64,000 bases of DNA from Alphaproteobacteria bacterium (GTDB lineage Bacteria; Pseudomonadota; Alphaproteobacteria; RF32; CAG-239): NCBI GenBank assembly GCA_017460085.1, contig JAFUBQ010000009.1, forward strand, positions 6,237 to 70,236, read 5' to 3'. The stretch's first letter is position 1; the number at the start of each line of letters is the position of its first letter. This document shows positions 38,213-47,174 of the stretch, one piece after another. Both the position numbers and the translations under genes were made by a program. Below the pieces are notes generated by a model. That model was not told where the DNA came from. It did no database searches and saw nothing but the letters and a program-made list of their open reading frames with translations.

Positions 38213-39997
38213 TTATTCATTCATTTCCTTTATTAACTTCAAATTTTGTTCTAAAAACGGATACTTCAACTTTGAAATTTCTTTATACAAATTCTCTAAT
38301 TTGAATGCTCCGCCATATACAATTTCACCTGTGTCACTTCCTTGCCATCCACATAAGGCATTTTGATATTCTTGCGGCACACCACTATCACGAAGAAATT
38401 GCTTGCAGCAATGTCTTATACTATGAAATGTATACGATTTATTACTTAATCCTATCTTATCTAAGTATCTGCCGAACCAATGTGATACTTGTGAGCGATA
38501 ATATTTGCTCTCGTGATACTTCAATTTAGGAAACAATCGCTCTTGTTTCGCATTTCGCATTGATTTAACAAAGTCAATAAATCCCATCTCCTTCAACTTC
38601 GGATGAACAGGGATGATTCGCCTTGATTGCCGTGTTTTAAGGTGCTGGTCTTCTCGCTCATCGGTCAGTTGGAAGTACCATATCTTGTTGTCATACTTAA
38701 CATCAGCCACATACAACTGTGCGATTTCGTTCAGGCGGCATCCTGTGTAAAGTGCTATCAGCGGTATCCAATAGTTATGGTAGTTCCGCAAGTCCTTTTT
38801 CCGTGGGTACGTTAAAGGGTTAAATATCAACTTCAACTCATTTTCGCCAAACCCGTCTATTTTCTTTTCCTGCTCTTTTTTCGGAATATCTACATCGTCA
38901 TCTAAACTTTCGATGATGTAGCGCCTCCTTTTAGCGAAGCGGAGCAACTCTTTGAACTGGCGCAGGTACTTGATTGCGTTCGTTTTAGACACGGTTGGGT
39001 ATCCCTTTTCAAACAGAGCCTTGAAATCACTGGCTTTTAAATTTTCGGGATTTTTTACTATTGTGTGTAGCCTTACAGGCAATTTAAAAATTATGTCGCT
39101 GATACGTTGGCAATCTTTGTACGTAATATCCTCAATATATTTTTTACCGATAATTCCAAAAATTATTTGTAGCCTTTTAAAACTTTGCTCTAAACTGTAA
39201 TTTGTAATGTTGCTGATATTTTTTTTGCGTTCCTTCAGTTCATTAAAAATATCTTGCCACTTGGTTTGTGATTTTTGCGATTTTAAAACTTCTTCCGTGC
39301 GCTGCTTATCAACAGCAATTAAGCAGTGCCGAACTCGTGGATGTAAATTTGAACTTAACGGAGTGTCATTTTGTAAACTGGTAATTTTGCTATCCACAAA
39401 TTTATCAACACCACGCATCGCTGATAATAACATCATCTGCGGTTTTTCAATTTCGTTAGCATTACTGATAAGAGGTATATCTTCATCAATAATTCGGTTA
39501 AATTGTTTTGCTATGCTCGGATTTGGTCTGCTGTCAATTACATCTTTCACATAACCTTGGAAATATTCTTCGGCTTTTTCTATTTCGTAATATTTTTCAG
39601 TCGTATCAGGATGTAATTTCTTTTCTTCTTCAAATTCTTTTTCAGGAAACATTTTAACAGCATCAGCATCAAATGTATCTTCCATTATGCTGTCATACTT
39701 AATTTCAAAAACTTCATCCAGTTGCTTTAATTTATGGACTATGATTCTATCAACATCCGCCAAGTCCATTTTGATTTTGCCATCTTTTATCAGCATCGCC
39801 ATTTGCCTCAATAAGTTGAACTTCAGGTCTATTCTATAACTCTCTTTACGCAGCAGCGCAAGTGCTTCCCAATAGTTATTCGTATGTAAAGTGTATTTGA
39901 ACTCACGCCTGCCAGCGAGAATTTGTATCGAATCGGGAACCTTAGCCCTGATATAATAAGTATGATTGCGTCTCACCAGACGATTGAAACCGAACAT
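38213..39997 (-). CDS. Tyrosine integrase with DUF6538-like N-terminus
   Basis: N-terminus LVRRNHTYYIRAKVP; YTGCRLNE, HLKT, HSIRH, CGW, distal Tyr; GAGAGG SD before MFGFN. Confidence 0.93.
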   Translation of the reverse strand: MFGFNRLVRRNHTYYIRAKVPDSIQILAGRREFKYTLHTNNYWEALALLRKESYRIDLKFNLLRQMAMLIKDGKIKMDLADVDRIIVHKLKQLDEVFEIKYDSIMEDTFDADAVKMFPEKEFEEEKKLHPDTTEKYYEIEKAEEYFQGYVKDVIDSRPNPSIAKQFNRIIDEDIPLISNANEIEKPQMMLLSAMRGVDKFVDSKITSLQNDTPLSSNLHPRVRHCLIAVDKQRTEEVLKSQKSQTKWQDIFNELKERKKNISNITNYSLEQSFKRLQIIFGIIGKKYIEDITYKDCQRISDIIFKLPVRLHTIVKNPENLKASDFKALFEKGYPTVSKTNAIKYLRQFKELLRFAKRRRYIIESLDDDVDIPKKEQEKKIDGFGENELKLIFNPLTYPRKKDLRNYHNYWIPLIALYTGCRLNEIAQLYVADVKYDNKIWYFQLTDEREDQHLKTRQSRRIIPVHPKLKEMGFIDFVKSMRNAKQERLFPKLKYHESKYYRSQVSHWFGRYLDKIGLSNKSYTFHSIRHCCKQFLRDSGVPQEYQNALCGWQGSDTGEIVYGGAFKLENLYKEISKLKYPFLEQNLKLIKEMNE

Positions 39998-40023
39998 TGG
40001 TGTCACCTCTCTTTTGGCGTTGT

Positions 40024-40062
40024 CGGTGTACCACCTCGGTGTACCACCTTGGTGTATCACCC
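40024..40062. repeat. Three 13-bp tandem repeats (CGGTGTACCACCT), putative integrase arm sites
   Basis: Between the integrase start and att core. Confidence 0.6.
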
Positions 40063-40094
40063 CCGAAAAAACACCTCTGCTCGGATATTTTGTA

Positions 40095-40127
40095 AAAAAA
40101 ATGACGTAAGAACAACATCTTACGTCT
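40095..40127 (-). terminator. Element-supplied terminator for tRNA-Gly
   Basis: GACGTAAGA-loop-TCTTACGTC followed by T-tract on minus strand. Confidence 0.75.
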
Positions 40128-40131
40128 TTAT

Positions 40132-40206
40132 TGGAGCGGGCAATGGGATTCGGACCCACGACATCAACCTTGGCAAGGTTGCGCTCTACCCCTGAGCTAT
40201 ACCCGC
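40132..40206 (-). tRNA. tRNA-Gly(GCC), CCA encoded, atypical T-loop TCCGAAT
   Basis: GCGGGTATAGCTCAGGGGTAGAGCGCAACCTTGCCAAGGTTGATGTCGTGGGTCCGAATCCCATTGCCCGCTCCA folds as a cloverleaf. Confidence 0.95.
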
Positions 40207-40396
40207 ATTTTGATAGAACAAAGCTTCTTATATCATAAAAAAAGTAAAAAGCAAGAACTTTTTTATAATTTTTTGCATTTTTTTTGTTTTATTTATCTTT
40301 GTACAATTTTTAGATGAATTATCATCTATATATTATTAAAAATTGCAAATTTAATATTAATTTTTGTTAAAATATATACAACTTTTTATGCACTAA

Positions 40397-41623
40397 TTAT
40401 AAATTATTTATTTTTTGAATTTGAAATTCGCGCCATTTTGCAAAAAAATCGGCGTTTTTCGGCAGCTGCGCAAAATTAGGCATATCTGTTGCTTTCAGCT
40501 TTGATAGCACATTCCACACATTTTCGCAGCGCTGGCATGCTTGTTCATAGCACGCAAGCTCGTCATCACTTGGTATCTCAGCGCGTCCATACATATCACA
40601 GCGGCAAATTTGCATTAAGCCGTCAAGCGCATTTTTATCACGAAAATCATGTGTTAGCTCAGCTAAAAAATCGCGCAATTTACCACGGCGCATTTGCGGA
40701 ACGGCAAAAAAACGCATATGATATCGTGCGGCAACCATGGCCATAAACATAAACTTTTTCGGTGCATTAAGCCGTTTGCATATTTTCTTAACCAGTTCAA
40801 AACCGCGCCAATCGTGCTGATAATGATGCGGTAATATATCTTCCGGAGTCTGACTTTTACCAACATCGTGCAGCAACAAGGCAAATTGAATTTCCGGCGC
40901 AAAATTGGCTCCTTGTTCTACAGTTAAAATAGTGTGCGCGCCGCTATTACCCTCCGGATGATATTCGCATATTTCCGGTGTTTGCCAAAGTTTTTCAATT
41001 TCCGGCAGCAATTTTTGCAAAGCGCCGCATTCACGCATCATTAATATAAACTGCGCAAAACACCCTGCCTTCATGGCTTTATAAAATTCCTGCCAAATTC
41101 GCTCACTGCTTAAATATTGCAACATATTTTCTTTAACCATTTGCTGCACTAAAGCCATTGTTTCCGGCGCAACGCTAAAATTAAGCTGCGCCGCAAACCG
41201 GCACATACGCAATATACGCAACGGATCTTCAACAAAGTGTTCACTGTTAATATGCCGCAATGTGCGTTGTTCAATATCACGCAAACCACCAACATAATCT
41301 TCAACTTTTTGAAGCAGCTGATCATAAACCAAAGCGTTGCAGGTAAAATCGCGCCGCTGCAAATCTTCTGCCAAAGTTACTAAGCAATCAAAAACAAACT
41401 TAAAATCAGTATGTTTTGGACCGGTTTTAATTTCTTTGCGCGCCAAAGCATATTCTTCTTTGCTGACGGGGTGCAAAAACACCGGAAATTGCTTACCCAC
41501 GCAAATATACCCCAACGCTGTCATCTCTTGCGGCGTGGCACCAACTACCACATAATCGCGGTCATGCGGCTCTTTGCCTAAAACCATATCGCGCACAGCG
41601 CCGCCCACCATATATATTTGCAT
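40397..41623 (-). CDS. cca: Multifunctional CCA-adding enzyme with HD domain
   Basis: YMVGGAVRD, DRDYVV, EDLQRRDFT, EDPLRILR, HPEG, LLHDVGK. Confidence 0.94.
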   Translation of the reverse strand: MQIYMVGGAVRDMVLGKEPHDRDYVVVGATPQEMTALGYICVGKQFPVFLHPVSKEEYALARKEIKTGPKHTDFKFVFDCLVTLAEDLQRRDFTCNALVYDQLLQKVEDYVGGLRDIEQRTLRHINSEHFVEDPLRILRMCRFAAQLNFSVAPETMALVQQMVKENMLQYLSSERIWQEFYKAMKAGCFAQFILMMRECGALQKLLPEIEKLWQTPEICEYHPEGNSGAHTILTVEQGANFAPEIQFALLLHDVGKSQTPEDILPHHYQHDWRGFELVKKICKRLNAPKKFMFMAMVAARYHMRFFAVPQMRRGKLRDFLAELTHDFRDKNALDGLMQICRCDMYGRAEIPSDDELACYEQACQRCENVWNVLSKLKATDMPNFAQLPKNADFFAKWREFQIQKINNL

Positions 41624-41785
41624 ATTGAAGTCCCCATTTTCACACAACGACCAATTTATTTATATTATAATGATACTAAATAATCAAGCCTAATTGATTT
41701 TGGCTATTATAGGAAAAATTTATCAATAAAAAAAACGCCACAATTGATTGTGACGGCTTAAGTTTCTAATCTACTTTCTCTAACT

Positions 41786-41974
41786 TCATCCAAAATGGTT
41801 AAGAAGCGCGGCTAAATCTTCAGTCTCAAGAGGACGATCTGGCATATCTTCAACTTCTTTATGAGTAGATGTATCTGTATTTTTAGCTTCGTGCGCATCC
41901 TGTTGAGAAAAATTATATTCATCATCTCTCAACAGAGGTTGATTTAAATTAACCACCTTAAAATTTAGCAACAT
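41786..41974 (-). CDS. Small acidic hypothetical protein
   Basis: 62 aa ORF followed by a hairpin; no family recognised. Confidence 0.45.
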   Translation of the reverse strand: MLLNFKVVNLNQPLLRDDEYNFSQQDAHEAKNTDTSTHKEVEDMPDRPLETEDLAALLNHFG

Positions 41975-42039
41975 ATTGATTTAAAAATAAAATAAAAGGT
42001 TGACGGAAAAATTTTTATTTCAATCTTTCAAAATTAACA

Positions 42040-42280
42040 ACAAAAAAACGCCGCAAAGGGCGCTCATTTGTTGGCTGCTTCCATCTTAGACAGTACGAGC
42101 ATCGCTTACGCTTGCTAGTCCAAAAGCAACATTTTAAGGTTGTTTTTGTTCCTCCGGTCCCACTTTGAACGATTAACCAAAATTTGCGCCGTTTCGTCGC
42201 CTATCAGCTTTACTGACCGGCATACTTTCGTCTGCCGGTGACTCTCCTTGTCGAACCTCTTTTTCGATGGTTCTCATTAA
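42040..42280 (-). repeat. tRNA-Trp-linked non-coding modular element
   Basis: Shares 18/19-bp and 24/29-bp modules and CAAAAGCAAC with 27745-28105; T-arm hairpin at 42250-42278. Confidence 0.75.
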
Positions 42281-42292
42281 TCTTCCCTACTT

Positions 42293-42330
42293 AAAACAGC
42301 AAAGCCGCCCACACGGACGGCTTGCTGTTT
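42293..42330 (-). terminator. tRNA-Trp terminator
   Basis: AAAACAGCAAAGCCG...CGGCTTGCTGTTT hairpin. Confidence 0.8.
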
Positions 42331-42406
42331 TGGCAGGGGCAGAAGGATTCGAACCCTCGACACTCGGTTTTGGAGACCGATGCTCTACCAACTGAGCTAT
42401 ACCCCT
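42331..42406 (-). tRNA. tRNA-Trp(CCA)
   Basis: AGGGGTATAGCTCAGTTGGTAGAGCATCGGTCTCCAAAACCGAGTGTCGAGGGTTCGAATCCTTCTGCCCCTGCCA. Confidence 0.97.
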
Positions 42407-42563
42407 AACGAACTGAAGTGTTTATAAACTATATATCGCTATAAATCAAGAACTTTTTTCAAAATATACAATTTAATTATAATAAAAACAAAATTTAATT
42501 TGACAAATATGCGACAAAGTGTTACATTGCACTCAATCAAACATTATTAATAAAAAAATAATT

Positions 42564-43103
42564 ATGAAAAAAGAAAAAAATTTATCAGAGTTTATGGCTC
42601 GCCTGCAGAGCACGGGCCTTGAAAAAGTCAACAAGCACGTTAACGCATTCTGTAATTTGCGCTACTACAGAAAGAATCAAGAAGCTCAGCTGGGTCTGCA
42701 CGCCGGTCATATCAAGATGGCTGAGTTGCGGGATTTAAGAGGGAAGAGAGTGCTGAATATGTATCAGCTAATGACCCTTCTAACCTCAGGAAAGCACATT
42801 GAAACTGTGATATATCCCAAGCTAGACCTTAAGTTAAACTTGGTCGGCCGCGGTGTAGAATTGCCACCGGCAAAAAAATCGAGCAAGAAGCTCCGCCCTA
42901 TCGGCAAAATTACCGTATGGCAAGAGCCTGATAAAAATGCTCAGCCGTGTTTAACACTTGAGCAAATCATTACGCAAATTCCTCAAGGTTTGGTTGGCAG
43001 CACCAAGGCGGTCTGCCTACTATCTAATGAAAAAGACCTCTTTGAGGATGCCTACAACATCTATATGGAGTGTTTCCAGTATGATGTTTGGCTTCTCGGC
43101 TAA
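42564..43103 (+). CDS. Hypothetical protein
   Basis: ~179 aa ORF ending at a bidirectional terminator. Confidence 0.65.
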   Translation: MKKEKNLSEFMARLQSTGLEKVNKHVNAFCNLRYYRKNQEAQLGLHAGHIKMAELRDLRGKRVLNMYQLMTLLTSGKHIETVIYPKLDLKLNLVGRGVELPPAKKSSKKLRPIGKITVWQEPDKNAQPCLTLEQIITQIPQGLVGSTKAVCLLSNEKDLFEDAYNIYMECFQYDVWLLG

Positions 43104-43105
43104 AA

Positions 43106-43143
43106 TAAACTCCCTTCGTTTTATCAGCGAAGGGAGTTTATTT
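43106..43143. terminator. Bidirectional terminator
   Basis: AATAAACTCCCTTCG-loop-CGAAGGGAGTTTATT. Confidence 0.85.
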
Positions 43144-43161
43144 TAGTGCAAAAAATAGTGA

Positions 43162-43566
43162 TTATAAAATTGCTCTTAATCCTAAAACACATAGCGCTAA
43201 CAGCAAAATTTTAGCGCTCCACACCCAAAACTTACTGCCTTTATATTCTTTGGTACATTTCCACAAACCGCGCACCACCACAATCATATAAGCGCCAAAA
43301 CAACCGCTGGCAATTAAATGCAACATCAATCTTGTTGCTAATGCTCCGCCACCCAAAAGCAACGAAATAAAATGCGTGCCAATATAATAAAGCACATTCA
43401 AATTGCTCATGCAATAGCTAACCGAATGAGCTCGCGCACAAAGCATCCGCGCAAACGAACTATGCGTAATTCCGGTTAAAATCATAAACAAAAAGAACCC
43501 CAAAACGCCGAATACCCAAAATATCATCTTCAGCGAATATTCACCGGCTGCCAATTTTCTCCACAT
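43162..43566 (-). CDS. Membrane protein of unknown function
   Basis: Three to four hydrophobic segments. Confidence 0.65.
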   Translation of the reverse strand: MWRKLAAGEYSLKMIFWVFGVLGFFLFMILTGITHSSFARMLCARAHSVSYCMSNLNVLYYIGTHFISLLLGGGALATRLMLHLIASGCFGAYMIVVVRGLWKCTKEYKGSKFWVWSAKILLLALCVLGLRAIL

Positions 43567-43587
43567 ATTTAGTCCCTTTCGTTACCG

Positions 43588-45303
43588 TTAAAAATAACTC
43601 ACGATTTCAATATATGGTTTAACTCCTAAATTTTTCTTAAAATCGGCAATATATTGGTTCATTTCATCCCAATTCGTCCACCGCTCCACAAACTCCTTGG
43701 CTGTTTGCGGCAATTTTGAAAGCTGCACTCGTATCACTTCAGTTAATAGCGCACGCGAGCCTGACTTCATTTTTTCAAAATCAATGTGCAATTTTTTGTT
43801 TTCATCAAACCAAAATGCGCCGTATTCTTTTAAAAAGTTATATTCAATCAAATCTGCCACCCGATGTGCTTCCATATCGTTCGGAAAAGCAATCATAAAA
43901 TGCCGGCGCACGACCCATGTTGTGTATATTTTTTTGAGCTGCTCTTCGCTAATAATGCCAGCTTTCACATATTCCGGCATCATGGTCGCCGAAATCATAT
44001 CGGCTTTGTGTTCTTCAATAATATGCTGATAAATTCCCAGCGCTGTCTGATAGCTGCTGTCCGGCCCCAGCGAATGCCCGTTTTCATGCCCAATTGTAAA
44101 TAAATGGTCAGCTTCTTCTTCATAATATTGATGCAATTCCGGTATAACCAACGCATCTAAAATTTTCTGTGTTTTTTCTTTATCAGCACTGGCACGCACC
44201 TGCCGATGATAAACATTGCGCCGTCCGCCGCCATGTGCCAAAGCCGGCTTGTCATTGTTCGGCAAATTCTGCGCCAATGTAATTCCACCGCGGCAAAGCG
44301 CATAATCTCCGGTCAGTGCCGCAATATCAGCATCAACCATTGTTTGCTTTAAGCCTTTATTTTTTCCCACATTCTGCGTATATTGGTCAGCAAACGGCAT
44401 CAATGCAGCCAGCTTCAACATTTCATCTTTAAACTTGAGCAGCAAAGCCGTTCCTTCTTTATTAACAATACCCACACGCACACCAAGCATATCTTTCGGC
44501 ACCGGTTTTATACCATGCACATTAAGCCTTGTGCACAATTCCTGATTAGAAAATAAAGTCGGAGTCATCTTGTCATCATAATTTTCGCGGCTCACCGTAA
44601 ATTCAAGCGGCGTTTCTTGCATCTGCGCCCAATGTTTATCTGCTAAAATATCCATTTCTTCGTTATTTTGCAAAAATGCCTGCGCCTGCCAGCCTAAATA
44701 ATCTTTGAACAAGTCATCGGTTGTATAATGCGCCGCACATTCCAATTCATTGGCAATTTCTGAAAATTCATCGGCAAAATATTCTGTATAATCAATAGCT
44801 TTCAGCTCATCACCATTGCGGCGAACCATTGTCCGTGCGCTCAAAATTTTCTTAACTTCCGCAATTTTTCCTTCATCAAGCATTTTTCCGATAATTTGCT
44901 GAAATTCGGCTTCATCCATATCGGTCGGATAAAAATTTTTCCCCGCAAATTGATGAATGCCCGCAAAAATTTCCACCGGCTCTTTATCTATGCCATTAGA
45001 ACCGGCCACACCATTCAGCATATTAAAAAGCTGCAGAGCATCAGCAGCATATTTGCTTTCTGCTGCGGCAACTTCCAAAGCCTGTTTTTGCACCAAATTC
45101 TGCGGATGGTCCATTTCCAACGCCACATCATTCATAATCTTTGCTGCATTAACCAAATGTTTCAGCGCTTTTTTATCCCCCTCGGAAAGCCCTTGATATG
45201 CCGCACTAGTTTCATCAATCAAAATAACTTGACGCACTTCTTCTGTAACGCGGTGATGCAAATCTTCTTCTGTTATGTTAATTTTAAAACCGTTAATTTT
45301 CAT
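43588..45303 (-). CDS. Peptidase M49 (dipeptidyl peptidase III-like)
   Basis: AQNLPND, HENGH zinc motif, IEEHKAD. Confidence 0.8.
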   Translation of the reverse strand: MKINGFKINITEEDLHHRVTEEVRQVILIDETSAAYQGLSEGDKKALKHLVNAAKIMNDVALEMDHPQNLVQKQALEVAAAESKYAADALQLFNMLNGVAGSNGIDKEPVEIFAGIHQFAGKNFYPTDMDEAEFQQIIGKMLDEGKIAEVKKILSARTMVRRNGDELKAIDYTEYFADEFSEIANELECAAHYTTDDLFKDYLGWQAQAFLQNNEEMDILADKHWAQMQETPLEFTVSRENYDDKMTPTLFSNQELCTRLNVHGIKPVPKDMLGVRVGIVNKEGTALLLKFKDEMLKLAALMPFADQYTQNVGKNKGLKQTMVDADIAALTGDYALCRGGITLAQNLPNNDKPALAHGGGRRNVYHRQVRASADKEKTQKILDALVIPELHQYYEEEADHLFTIGHENGHSLGPDSSYQTALGIYQHIIEEHKADMISATMMPEYVKAGIISEEQLKKIYTTWVVRRHFMIAFPNDMEAHRVADLIEYNFLKEYGAFWFDENKKLHIDFEKMKSGSRALLTEVIRVQLSKLPQTAKEFVERWTNWDEMNQYIADFKKNLGVKPYIEIVSYF

Positions 45304-46528
45304 TATCTATCTCCACTGCTTTGAATTTGTAAAATTTTAAATCTGTTTCTTCAATATAATCCGAAATTTTAGCTTTTTGCTTTAATAGTTTTATCAAACT
45401 TGACCAATCTTCAGGTCGCTGCTTAGGCAAAACCACCGCCTTATGATTTTTATAACGCAAATACACTCCGTCATCAAAATCAAGCTCACCGGTTTGCGGT
45501 TCAACTTTCTCATTTTCAGTTAATAAATATAAATGCACATCATTCGTTGCCGCATTTTTATGCACAAAACGCTGAGCCATACGCACTAAGGCTACCACAA
45601 TTCCCTGATTATTCACCAATTTTTCAAATTGTCCGGCTTGAGCATATAAAATTCCACGGTCATACAAACGATATGTTTCATCAGATTTCAACGGCCACAT
45701 CGGCGGCAAATTTTCTACTGCCCTTGAAATATTAAGGTCAAACCAGTGCCTCAAAAGCTGTCCGTAGCGCTTTTCATATTGTTCTAAATTATGTTTCTGT
45801 TGAACTTGCAAAGGTTCTTCCACTTTACCCTGCTGCAAAGCAAGTAAGGCAGAATAATCTTTTTCAATCGCCTGAGCAATTTTAGTATCTACCGCATCAA
45901 AAACACTCATTTTATATCCATATTTTTGCGCTAAATAAACTGCTTCCTGCACCAAAAAATTATCTGATAAACCTTCGGTTAAATCTGCTAAAACAACAAC
46001 CAACCCCCCTTCTTTTTGCAAATATTTTTCAATATATTGTTCATCTTGAATATGCTCGGCATCTATGGCAAAAATTTCCATATTTTGCGTATGCATTACA
46101 TTTTGTAAAAGAGTTTTGTGTTTTTGCACATGACCTTCGTCATCAAAAACCAGTGCAATTTGTCCTATTCTATTATGCTTGTTAATTTCAGCATACAGTT
46201 TTTCCACCACATCAACCGTATCCGGAGTCAAAAATTTCGGCACAATCACCATTTTTACGCCGGAACGCCTATAATTAACAGAATGTTCAAAATAAGTATA
46301 TATTCTCTTTTCTTCATTTTTGCCAATATAAAAAATAGCAGTCATTACCGGATTGATTTTTATTATATCTTCCCTCACCCGACCATAATCAACGACCTTT
46401 TCATAATTAGCATATATATTATGTTTAAACCTGTTAACATTAATCCATGTAATAATACCGACTAATACTGCCGTTGCCAGCCAAAAGCAAATTTTTCCCC
46501 ATGCAATTTTCGCTTTACGCTGCCTCAT
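45293..46528 (-). CDS. Membrane-anchored degenerate Memo/AMMECR1-like protein
   Basis: N-terminal TM; C-terminus DGVYL...KAVVLP...LKQKAKI...YKF resembles AMMECR1. Confidence 0.5.
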   Translation of the reverse strand: MRQRKAKIAWGKICFWLATAVLVGIITWINVNRFKHNIYANYEKVVDYGRVREDIIKINPVMTAIFYIGKNEEKRIYTYFEHSVNYRRSGVKMVIVPKFLTPDTVDVVEKLYAEINKHNRIGQIALVFDDEGHVQKHKTLLQNVMHTQNMEIFAIDAEHIQDEQYIEKYLQKEGGLVVVLADLTEGLSDNFLVQEAVYLAQKYGYKMSVFDAVDTKIAQAIEKDYSALLALQQGKVEEPLQVQQKHNLEQYEKRYGQLLRHWFDLNISRAVENLPPMWPLKSDETYRLYDRGILYAQAGQFEKLVNNQGIVVALVRMAQRFVHKNAATNDVHLYLLTENEKVEPQTGELDFDDGVYLRYKNHKAVVLPKQRPEDWSSLIKLLKQKAKISDYIEETDLKFYKFKAVEIDNEN

Positions 46529-46538
46529 TTTTATCTGC

Positions 46539-47174
46539 CTAAATTTCCACACCGAATTTTTTCATATTAGTCAGCGCTAACTCTATTGTTCCATCTTCCA
46601 ATGCTTCGACAATCGGCTCATCTAAAACTGCCACCACCGCTTTTTTTTCGGTGTTGATTTTATAATATTGCTCGCCGTCCTCATATTCGGTCCAATAGCG
46701 AATATCTCCGCTATTATAAAAATTGGCCTGCATATTGGCATCTGCCTTGTCAAGCGCCGTAATCAACTTTGCTTCCGGTGTTTTTTTGTCTTCATATTCG
46801 CAGTATAAATCCCAAATTTTTGTTTTCATCGGCTCATCAAGCAATGCACTATAGCGTTCCATTGCGGCTTTTTCTTCAGCATCTTTTTTGGCTTTAATTT
46901 CCGGATGCGCTCGCTGCATAGCCTTCGGATAATCTCCGGTTTCCGCTTCGGCAATATCATGCACCAACGCCAGCTCCAATAGCCGCTCATAATTATACTG
47001 ATGCTTTAAATACGGTTTTATCAACATCACCATAAATGCCAACTTAAAACTATGTGATGAATCGGTTTCCACCGTGCCGTCAGATAAAAGCGTGGCGCGC
47101 TTGACTAAACAAACTTTATCAAGCACGCGCATAAAATCAAAAATCTTGGCAATTCTATTTTGCATTTTTGCCAA
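46539..47174 (-). CDS. HD-domain hydrolase (YfbR/HDDC2-like)
   Basis: ETDSSHSF, ALVHDIAEAETGD, EYE...PEAKLITALDKAD. Confidence 0.88.
   Translation of the reverse strand: MAKMQNRIAKIFDFMRVLDKVCLVKRATLLSDGTVETDSSHSFKLAFMVMLIKPYLKHQYNYERLLELALVHDIAEAETGDYPKAMQRAHPEIKAKKDAEEKAAMERYSALLDEPMKTKIWDLYCEYEDKKTPEAKLITALDKADANMQANFYNSGDIRYWTEYEDGEQYYKINTEKKAVVAVLDEPIVEALEDGTIELALTNMKKFGVEI

Larger units (their letters stand above)
28106..40151. mobile_element. ~12 kb integrative element in tRNA-Gly(GCC)
   Basis: 24-bp direct repeat TTATTGGAGCGGGCAATGGGATTC at 28106-28129 and 40128-40151; integrase beside the tRNA; more AT-rich accessory genes. Confidence 0.92.

Noticed and set aside
39998-40159. N-terminal extension of the integrase ORF into the tRNA
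   Set aside because: Runs through tRNA-Gly, att and terminator; a good SD precedes the ATG at 39997
42519-43103. Second island at tRNA-Trp
   Set aside because: No integrase or duplicated Trp 3' end found; this ORF lies upstream of the tRNA
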